Positions 57,108-64,000 of a DNA stretch of 64,000 nt are shown piece after piece; position 1 is the first letter of the stretch; each line of letters begins with the position of its first letter. The notes under the pieces were generated by a model, which saw nothing but the letters and a program-made list of their open reading frames with translations, searched no databases and was not told the origin of the DNA. The translations under genes and the position numbers were made by a program. Source of the stretch: Bacteroidia bacterium (GTDB lineage Bacteria; Bacteroidota; Bacteroidia; J057); contig JBGSTW010000013.1 in NCBI GenBank assembly GCA_041753595.1, positions 1 through 64,000 of the forward strand. Direction: 5' to 3'.

Positions 57108-57470
57108 ATGTTAATCAGCGAATTATCCAGGCAAACAGGGTTGACTATTCACACCCTGAGGTACTACGAAAACTATGGACTGTTTCATGGAAAGGCTGAT
57201 GAAGGGGTAAAAACCAACAACTACAAGCAATACGATGAGCGCCTTGTGGAGAAAATAGCCTTAATAAAGGAGGCCAAGGAAATCGGTTTCACCTTAGCGG
57301 AAATCAAGAAGTTATTGGATAGCTGGTTCAATGACCAATTGCCCATGGAAAAGAAAGTTGAGGTTTTGGAAGACAAGATTGAAGAGATTGATGCGAAGAT
57401 TCTTCAATTGCAACAAGTCAGAAAATTTCTTGTTGAGGGTATAGCAGAGGTAAAAAATGGAGATTGTTGA
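57108..57470 (+). CDS. MerR-family transcriptional regulator
   Basis: ATG at 57108. HTH motif MLISELSRQTGLTIHTLRYYENYGLF, followed by a coiled-coil dimerisation helix. It is divergent from the two membrane-protein genes. Confidence 0.85.
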   Translation: MLISELSRQTGLTIHTLRYYENYGLFHGKADEGVKTNNYKQYDERLVEKIALIKEAKEIGFTLAEIKKLLDSWFNDQLPMEKKVEVLEDKIEEIDAKILQLQQVRKFLVEGIAEVKNGDC

Positions 57471-57826
57471 GGTTGCCGCTTTGCGGTGCTTAGTGACTCA
57501 GGGGCATAAACTTCCGCGCCTTTTTCTTCTTGGTCGGCTTTTCCATTCTTTTTCCGAACTATACCGATTGAAGGATTTTTTAGCCCTTTTTTAATGTTTG
57601 GTTTGGGATAATGGCTTAGAATGGGCAGAGGAATGCGGAAAGGCATACAAGGCATTCCCTTTCTGTAGAAAACAGATTTGCAGAACAGAACCCCGCATTC
57701 GGCCCTATTTACCCGCTTTTCCACGAATAGCACAAACATTTAAGGGGTTAATCATTTAATTACGGGTTGATACGCATACTTGCATTTTGCGAGTAGCAGC
57801 CAACGCTTAACCTTTCTCACTTGCAC

Positions 57827-59539
57827 ATGAAACAAGCAATCACTCAAGGCTCCAACTTCTGGCGCAGGGGGTGCTTCGGCCTGGCCTTGCTGGCCCTGGC
57901 GATGCAGCCGCTCCTACTCAGGGCGCAGGGCAACGAACCGCCGGTAACGCGCACCTTCGTACTTACGGGCGCTACGGTAATACCCGCCCCCGGACAAAAG
58001 CTCGAAAACACCCGCGTGGTGGTCAAAAATGGCCTGATTACCGCCGTAGCAGCCGATGCCGCCATACCGGGCGAAGCCAAAATCCTGGCCGCCGACTCTA
58101 TGTTTGTTTATGCAGGCTTTATTTCCGGGCTGTCTTGGGCGGGTGTTCCCTCCAAAGACGAACCCCAGCAACAAGGCCGTCAGCGGGCACCTGAGGGCGT
58201 TATCCCCGGTACCCCGCCCGACAAACTCGCAGGCATTACTCCGGCCCAAACGGTGAATGAATTCCTCGATCCGGAAGACAAGGCCATAGGCGAACTGCGC
58301 AGCGTCGGCTTTACCGCAGCCCTCACCCCACCCAGGGGGAAAATGCTTCCCGGACAAGGCAGCCTCATTTTGCTTGCAGGAAACAAACCCGACCAGATGC
58401 CCTACCGCGACCACCTGGCGGTGTATGCCCAGTTTGTGCCTGCCGCAGGCGTATATCCCGCTACGCCGCTGGGTCTCATGGCTACCTGGAAAAACCTCTA
58501 CCACGAGGCCACTTCCGGGCTTGAATACGAAAAACGCTACAAAACGTCGCCTGCGGACATGGAGCGGCCGATGTACCCCGAAAAGGTAAAAGCCTTTTAC
58601 CCGGTGGTGGACAAAACACAGCCCGTGCTTTTCCGCACCAACGACGACAAATCGGCCTTTCGCGCACTGGCCCTGCAACAGGAGCTGGGCTTCCGCCTGA
58701 TGCTTGCTGAGCTGAGCCGCGGACAGGCAGCCCTGGGCAAAATCAAAGCCGCCAACGTGCCGGTTTTCCTTTCGCTGGATTTGCCCGAAAAACCCAAAGC
58801 AGATGCCAAAAAGCCGGAAATTAATCCCAATCCGGAAATTCAGGCCGAAAACGACAGCCTCCTGAAGCGCCAGGAAGCCGCCCTGAAACAAGCCTGGACG
58901 CAAGCCGCTGATTTCGCCAAAGCAGGTGTGCCCTTTGGTTTTTCTACCATAGAACTAAAGCCCAAATCCTTTCAGGACAATGTGGCGCTGATGATCGAAA
59001 ACGGACTGACCGAAGCCCAGCTGCTGACCGCCCTCACCACCGAACCCGCTCGCCTGTTTGGGGTTTCGGACGTAATGGGAACCGTAGAAAAGGGCAAAAT
59101 GGCCAACCTGGTGGTGATGGACAAGCCCCTCAGCGACCCCAAAGCCAAGGTAAAAATGGTGATTGTCGATGGGCAGGTATTCGAGATTTCGACCAAAAAG
59201 GCAGGCAAAGCCGATGCAGGCGTGAAAGTATCCGGCAAATGGGACTACACCGTGGAGTCGCCCCAAGGAAGCAACGGAGGTGTACTCCAGCTCAAAGGAG
59301 CAGATGGCGACTACTCCGGCACCATTTACAACGACCGCATGGGCCGCACCCTCGACCTCAGCGACGTGAGCGTGGACGGCAAACAGCTTTCGTTCAGCTA
59401 CGAAGCAGGCGGTAACGGCCGCAGCTTTACCGTGCAGGTTTCGGCTACCCTCAATGGCGAAACCATGGAAGGCACCATGTCGGTGGGCGATTTCGGCTCA
59501 TTTCCTTTCAAAGCCACCCGCACCGGCGATCCCGATTGA
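57827..59539 (+). CDS. amidohydrolase-family secreted protein (degenerate: HxH metal motif replaced)
   Basis: ATG at 57827, with a TTG at 57821. Signal peptide. Amidohydrolase-like N-terminal beta-sandwich: VLTGATVIPAPGQKLENTRVVVKNGLITAV. The metal position reads AGFISGLSW, not HxH. Confidence 0.75.
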   Translation: MKQAITQGSNFWRRGCFGLALLALAMQPLLLRAQGNEPPVTRTFVLTGATVIPAPGQKLENTRVVVKNGLITAVAADAAIPGEAKILAADSMFVYAGFISGLSWAGVPSKDEPQQQGRQRAPEGVIPGTPPDKLAGITPAQTVNEFLDPEDKAIGELRSVGFTAALTPPRGKMLPGQGSLILLAGNKPDQMPYRDHLAVYAQFVPAAGVYPATPLGLMATWKNLYHEATSGLEYEKRYKTSPADMERPMYPEKVKAFYPVVDKTQPVLFRTNDDKSAFRALALQQELGFRLMLAELSRGQAALGKIKAANVPVFLSLDLPEKPKADAKKPEINPNPEIQAENDSLLKRQEAALKQAWTQAADFAKAGVPFGFSTIELKPKSFQDNVALMIENGLTEAQLLTALTTEPARLFGVSDVMGTVEKGKMANLVVMDKPLSDPKAKVKMVIVDGQVFEISTKKAGKADAGVKVSGKWDYTVESPQGSNGGVLQLKGADGDYSGTIYNDRMGRTLDLSDVSVDGKQLSFSYEAGGNGRSFTVQVSATLNGETMEGTMSVGDFGSFPFKATRTGDPD

Positions 59540-59564
59540 TCCTAACCCAACACAGCATCCAGTT

Positions 59565-60911
59565 ATGAAAAATATATTGCTTTTTTTGCTTGTCGCTTGC
59601 CTGGTCCAATGGGGATTTGCGCAGCCACAAACCGGCGACCTGCTCATTAAAAACGGCACGGTAATCACCGTTACGGGAGCCGACCTTCCTGGCACCGACG
59701 TGCTGATTCAAAAGGGAAAAATCACCCGAATCGCCAAAAACATTGCCGCACCCACCGGGGTGAAGGTGGTAGATGCCACGGGGCAGTTTGTGATGCCCGG
59801 CATCATCGACGCACACAGCCATATCGCCATCGACGCCGTAAACGAGGCCACCAGCCCTGTTACTGCCGAAGTGTGGACCGGCGACGTGATCGATCCTTAT
59901 GCCATTGAGATTTACCACGCTTTGGCCGGAGGCGTTACTGCGGTACACGCCATGCACGGCTCCGCCAACGTTATCGGCGGGCAATGCCAGACCCTGAAGC
60001 TCCGCTACGGACAAATGGACCCCAAGGACCTGATCATGGAGGGCGCCCCGCGCACCATCAAGTTTGCCCTCGGCGAAAACCCCATGCGCGTACACGGCAC
60101 CGGTAGCGGCATTCACCCCAGCACCCGCATGGGCGTAGAGTTCGTGATTCGCGAAGCACTTTCGCAGGCCCGTAACTACGCCACCGCCTGGACCACCTAC
60201 CGCGAAAAGGTAAAGCGCGACCCCAAAGCAGCTCCTCCCGCTTACAACGAGCGCATGGAAACGCTGGCCGCCATCCTGAAAGGCGATATTATCATCCATT
60301 GCCACTCTTACCGCGCCGACGAGATCCTGATGCTGATGAATGTCTGCAAGGATTTTGGCATCAAAAAACTGTGTTTCCAGCACGTGAACGAGGGCTACAA
60401 AGTGGCTCCGGAGCTTGCCGCCTTTGGTGCAGGCGCTTCGGTATTTTCTGACTGGTGGGCCTACAAATTCGAAGTGTATTATTCCACCTCGTACAATGCC
60501 GCCATCCTCACCCGCAATGGCGTAGTTACCTCCATCAATTCCGACGATGCCGAGCTCATCCGCCACCTCTACCACGAAGCCGCCAAAACCCAGCGCTACG
60601 GCGGACTCACCGACAACGAAGCCCTGCGCCTCATCACCATCAATCCGGCTACCCAGCTCGGTATCGAAAAGCGGGTAGGCTCCATCGAAGTGGGCAAAGA
60701 GGGCGATATCGCCATTTTCAGCCACCACCCGCTGTCGGTTTATGCCGTTCCGCAAATGACCATTGTGGATGGCGTCGTGCGCTTCGACATCCATACCGAT
60801 CCGGCAGATATGCGCCTGGAGGTGGATCCTAAGGAGAAAATCACGCCTACCCTCTTCCGGGAAGGAGACCAAGACCGCTGCATGCAGGACACCGAATTTA
60901 TCAGGCAATAA
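59565..60911 (+). CDS. metal-dependent amidohydrolase (intact HxH motif)
   Basis: ATG at 59565. Signal peptide MKNILLFLLVACLVQWGFA. Motifs LLIKNGTVITV and PGIIDAHSHIAID, plus downstream His/Asp ligands. Confidence 0.85.
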   Translation: MKNILLFLLVACLVQWGFAQPQTGDLLIKNGTVITVTGADLPGTDVLIQKGKITRIAKNIAAPTGVKVVDATGQFVMPGIIDAHSHIAIDAVNEATSPVTAEVWTGDVIDPYAIEIYHALAGGVTAVHAMHGSANVIGGQCQTLKLRYGQMDPKDLIMEGAPRTIKFALGENPMRVHGTGSGIHPSTRMGVEFVIREALSQARNYATAWTTYREKVKRDPKAAPPAYNERMETLAAILKGDIIIHCHSYRADEILMLMNVCKDFGIKKLCFQHVNEGYKVAPELAAFGAGASVFSDWWAYKFEVYYSTSYNAAILTRNGVVTSINSDDAELIRHLYHEAAKTQRYGGLTDNEALRLITINPATQLGIEKRVGSIEVGKEGDIAIFSHHPLSVYAVPQMTIVDGVVRFDIHTDPADMRLEVDPKEKITPTLFREGDQDRCMQDTEFIRQ

Positions 60912-60929
60912 CCTCCCAATCGCATCTAC

Positions 60930-62225
60930 ATGAAAAAGACATTATCTCTGGCACTGGCTGCCCTTTGGCTGGTTGGGGGTTTGCAGGCGCAAATGCCTAA
61001 GGCCCGTAACGGGGTTTTTGCCATCAAAAATGCCACCCTTATCACCGTGACCCAGGACACGATCGTGGGTAACCTCGTGATCCGCAATGGGCTCATCGCC
61101 GACATGGGCGCTGCTGCGGCTATCCCCGCCGACGCGGAAGTAATCGACGGCACAGGCAAATTTGTGTACCCCGGCTTGATCGACGGCGGCACCCTTATCG
61201 GTTTGCAGGAGCTGCGTTCCATCGACCTCACGCAGGACTTTGAAGAAGTAGGCGACATAAGCCCGCAAATGCAGGCCCTTACCGCCGTGAACCCCAACTC
61301 GGCGCTCATTCCCGTGAACCGCGCCGGGGGCGTAACAACCGCCCTCACCGTTCCGAGCGGGTCGTTGTTTCCGGGTACCGCAGCCCTGATCAACCTCCAC
61401 GGCTATACCCCCGAGCAGATGTATGCCGGATTCAAAATCGTGGTAATTGAATTTCCCTCCACCGGCAGAAACGGGCGCTTTGACCGCAGGTCGGAGGAAG
61501 ATATTCAGAAAGACGCCGATAAAAAGGTGAAGCAGATCAACGACCTCTGGGACGAAGTAACGCTCTACGCCAAAATTGATTCTGCCCACAAAGCCGGCAA
61601 AGGAGAGGCCCCGGCCTATCGTCCTGACCTGGCCGCGCTGGTGCCGGTGGTTAAAGGCGAGGCTTCGCTGCTGGTAGAGGTAAACGCCGCTTCCGATATT
61701 TTGAATGCCTTGAAATGGATCAAAGAGAAAAAGGTGAAGGCCGTGCTGACCGGTGTAGCTGAAGGCTGGCGGGTAGCCAAAGCCATTGCCGACTCCGGGG
61801 TGCCGGTGATTACGGGCCCGGTGCTGAGCCTGCCCACGCGTGACTCCGATCGCTACGACCGCCCCTACGCCAATGCAGGCGCCATGAAAGCCGCAGGCGT
61901 AACCGTGGCCATTCGTTCGAGCCAGGCCGAAAACGTGCGTAACCTCGCCTTCAATGCAGGGTTTGCTGCGGCTTATGGCCTGGGTACCCAGGGTGCGCTG
62001 GAGGCGGTTACCATCGTTCCGGCACGCATTTTTGGGGTAGATAAGCAGATAGGTTCGCTGGAAAAAGGAAAGGTGGCCACGCTTTTCATCGCTGATGGCG
62101 ATCCTTTTGAATCCAAAACCCAGGTAACCCATGTGTTTATCGGCGGCTGGCTCATGCCCGACGACAACCGCCAGTTGGGGCTTTACCGCGAGTTTCTGGA
62201 AAGAGATCCCGGATTGAAGAAGTGA
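60930..62225 (+). CDS. amidohydrolase-family secreted protein (degenerate: HxH replaced)
   Basis: Signal peptide. FAIKNATLITV, then PGLIDGGTLIG at the HxH position. Confidence 0.75.
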   Translation: MKKTLSLALAALWLVGGLQAQMPKARNGVFAIKNATLITVTQDTIVGNLVIRNGLIADMGAAAAIPADAEVIDGTGKFVYPGLIDGGTLIGLQELRSIDLTQDFEEVGDISPQMQALTAVNPNSALIPVNRAGGVTTALTVPSGSLFPGTAALINLHGYTPEQMYAGFKIVVIEFPSTGRNGRFDRRSEEDIQKDADKKVKQINDLWDEVTLYAKIDSAHKAGKGEAPAYRPDLAALVPVVKGEASLLVEVNAASDILNALKWIKEKKVKAVLTGVAEGWRVAKAIADSGVPVITGPVLSLPTRDSDRYDRPYANAGAMKAAGVTVAIRSSQAENVRNLAFNAGFAAAYGLGTQGALEAVTIVPARIFGVDKQIGSLEKGKVATLFIADGDPFESKTQVTHVFIGGWLMPDDNRQLGLYREFLERDPGLKK

Positions 62226-62243
62226 TTTTTATGAAATGAAAAA

Positions 62244-62277
62244 GGCCGTCAGGGGAATAACCTGGCGGCCTTTTTTT
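62244..62277. terminator. bidirectional rho-independent terminator between convergent genes
   Basis: aaaaaggccgtcagg-ggaataa-cctggcggccttttttt. The 10-bp stem has one mismatch; an A-run precedes it and a T7 run follows. Confidence 0.65.
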
Positions 62278-62293
62278 AATATTTAAACCCTTA

Positions 62294-62803
62294 TTACTTC
62301 CCCCATTCTGCCACCCAGGCCTCTAAGGTGCCCTTGGTCCTTTTCTGGAGGATCGCTTCAATGGCTTTGTCCTTTTGCAGGGTGTCTGAGTTTTTCTGGT
62401 AAAAATCAAGAACTGCGTTTACCCCACTCAAGTTTCCTTTTAATGGCGACTTATTGTCCTGGTTTTCAAGCACATACTTTGCATAACCCGCCATAAATAC
62501 CATGAGCATTTCACTATTCTTGGCGCTCATGTCAAGTACCTCTTTGGTAAGCTGAATCGTGCAGGTTTTAGTCCCCGTCAGCCACATCAACAGATAAGCA
62601 TTGACGGACTTTCGCTTTTCGTTGTTTTGGACGTAAGGAGTAGTTAATATCCAGTTAATGGCTTGAATAACAGTGGGTTCTGCTTCCTTTATTTCCTGAG
62701 CTGTCTTTAAAGATACATTTTCAGGAACTTCGAAATCCTGAGAAAAGACAGGAAATGATAAGCCAATAAATAACAGGAACAGGGCGAAGATTTGTACTTT
62801 CAT
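62294..62803 (-). CDS. hypothetical secreted protein (low-GC region)
   Basis: Signal peptide MKVQIFALFLLFIGLSFPVFSQ. Local GC is roughly 42%, against ~60% for the window. Confidence 0.5.
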   Translation of the reverse strand: MKVQIFALFLLFIGLSFPVFSQDFEVPENVSLKTAQEIKEAEPTVIQAINWILTTPYVQNNEKRKSVNAYLLMWLTGTKTCTIQLTKEVLDMSAKNSEMLMVFMAGYAKYVLENQDNKSPLKGNLSGVNAVLDFYQKNSDTLQKDKAIEAILQKRTKGTLEAWVAEWGK

Positions 62804-63217
62804 GGAAAGAATAATTTTGTTGTGATTATAGATTTAATTCATACCAAATTACACAATTATGAGTCAGTAATAATACGCGCCAAATTTTTTCCGCCATCTG
62901 TAGCACTATTCTAACCGCTTTTCGGCATCCTCCGGCGTACGACGGATGGGTGGTGCGAACGTTTTCTACCGATATGTGCTCCCTGCGGAAGCGGAGAGCG
63001 TGTTATAACCGTTGATATTCAGCCTGCTAGAGGCGGTTCCTGGTCAAAGTGCTTTGCCCGCTGATCTGTTCTCTGCGGACTTTCACTTTCACTTTCACCT
63101 TCAGCTTGAGCATGCGCAGCACGTGCGTCCGTGTCCCAGCGAGACGGCATGTCGGTAGAAAAAACGATTGCCCCTTGTTGCTACCGCCGCAGGCAGACAA
63201 TTGATTTATTCTCAACG

Positions 63218-63535
63218 TTATTGAACAATTACCTGAAGAAGTTCAATCTCATCGCCCGCTTCGGGCAACAAACCACAGCCTACCCGGTTACCGGTATGCG
63301 TATAAGTAACCAAGACCGAAAGGCTATCTACTTTCAAGGAATCAGGAAAAACAGCAGGCTTAGCCAGTCCAAAGGACGTATCGAAATACCAGCCACAACC
63401 ATCGAGTTCGACCGGGCCGCCATCGCGTATGAGCATAAGTTCTGTCTGCTGAGGGGCCGGGCAATCGCCTGATTTACAGCCAAAAGAGATAAGGGTCAAG
63501 GTGGCTAAAATGATGCCTGAGAGACTTGTTTTCAT
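63218..63535 (-). CDS. hypothetical lipoprotein (105 aa, four Cys)
   Basis: Signal MKTSLSGIILATLTLISFGC followed by a lipobox. Confidence 0.45.
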   Translation of the reverse strand: MKTSLSGIILATLTLISFGCKSGDCPAPQQTELMLIRDGGPVELDGCGWYFDTSFGLAKPAVFPDSLKVDSLSVLVTYTHTGNRVGCGLLPEAGDEIELLQVIVQ

Positions 63536-63722
63536 GGATACTTATTTCCTTTAAGACGAATGGCCCCTCCAAAACGCTGCAAACAGATAATTTTCGAAGT
63601 TAGGATATCCCCACAATAGGGATATCCGACATTGGATGGAGTATCCTTATATTTAGGTGCAATTTTACATTTTCCCTAGATTAACCGTCTCATTCACAAC
63701 CAATAAACTTCTTTCCACACCC

Positions 63723-64000
63723 ATGCAAAAACACCTACCCTGGCTTCTTGCGTCTTTGCTCTTTATTTCCCAAACCGGTTACGCGCAGCCGTTGAGTTCT
63801 CTCCTGGGCAAGTACACCTCCACCAACGGTGTCGGTTATTTACAACCGCTCAACAATGCCTTCAGCCTGAATTTCAACAGCGGATTTGCCCACTCGGCCC
63901 GCGTGCCGCACAACGCCTTTCGCGTTACCCTGAGTCTGGAGACCATGCTCTCCGTGGTACCCGAAGGCAGCAAAACCTTCATGGCCACCACCGACGATTA
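63723..64000 (+). CDS. partial CDS (N-terminal 92 aa) of a secreted protein continuing beyond the window
   Basis: ATG at 63723. Signal peptide MQKHLPWLLASLLFISQTGYAQ. The frame is open to the last base of the window. Confidence 0.45.
   Translation, partial: MQKHLPWLLASLLFISQTGYAQPLSSLLGKYTSTNGVGYLQPLNNAFSLNFNSGFAHSARVPHNAFRVTLSLETMLSVVPEGSKTFMATTDD

Noticed and set aside
57914-62132. Long minus-strand ORFs (57914..58903, 59508..60908, 60942..62132)
   Set aside because: They are antisense to the three amidohydrolase genes. The forward frames have signal peptides and family motifs.

Overview
The window is a 64-kb chromosomal segment, about 58-60% GC, that appears to come from a Bacteroidota genome. 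That placement is an inference from at least five proteins carrying T9SS (Por-type) C-terminal sorting domains, many lipoproteins and outer-membrane beta-barrels, occasional TTG/GTG starts and no obvious Shine-Dalgarno sequences. No rRNA, tRNA, CRISPR array, transposase or integrase gene could be supported, although short dispersed repeats and low-GC islets are present (listed below).

Genes, in order:
- An OmpA/PD40 outer-membrane protein.
- An HD-domain protein.
- A membrane-anchored 1237-aa TPR protein, divergent from a FecR-like anti-sigma protein.
- A standalone HsdR_N (PD-(D/E)xK-like) protein, translationally coupled to a tandem array of three paralogous S8 subtilisin proteases (each about 1000 aa, with PKD and T9SS C-terminal domains).
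- An SDR oxidoreductase, followed by a roughly 240-bp structured repeat cluster.
- An NTF2-like lipoprotein and a small membrane protein.
- A tightly packed minus-strand module: NfeD-like, then a long flotillin (725 aa), then a 1614-aa protein with a single AAA_5-type ATPase domain, then a NuoI-like 2x[4Fe-4S] ferredoxin. This is the most unusual feature and the main candidate for an uncharacterized system.
- A porin-like outer-membrane protein, a CBM9-like T9SS cargo protein, a YdjC/ChbG-like deacetylase, a DUF4143 AAA ATPase, and two tandem paralogous outer-membrane beta-barrel genes.
- A sulfatase remnant cut by about 95-bp direct repeats and a small hairpin-bearing dispersed repeat (two copies in the window).
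- A DUF5916-like protein, bcp, a dipeptide epimerase, purS, pssA, and a PQQ-type sugar dehydrogenase with PA14 and T9SS C-terminal domains.
- A cytoplasmic-type [NiFe] uptake-hydrogenase cluster. Its small subunit has no Tat signal and is split by a +1 frameshift in a C8/G8 homopolymer. The cluster also has a large subunit, a maturation protease and two hypothetical proteins, and sits downstream of two TetR regulators.
- A DUF1304 membrane protein, a six-hairpin glycoside-hydrolase lipoprotein, a low-GC islet with two membrane proteins and a MerR regulator, and three consecutive amidohydrolase paralogues of which only the middle one keeps the HxH metal motif.
- A low-GC tail with small secreted/lipoproteins.

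Many long ORFs in the six-frame track are antisense artefacts of the high-GC coding strand and are listed as rejected. My coordinates for small motifs may be off by 1-2 nt.
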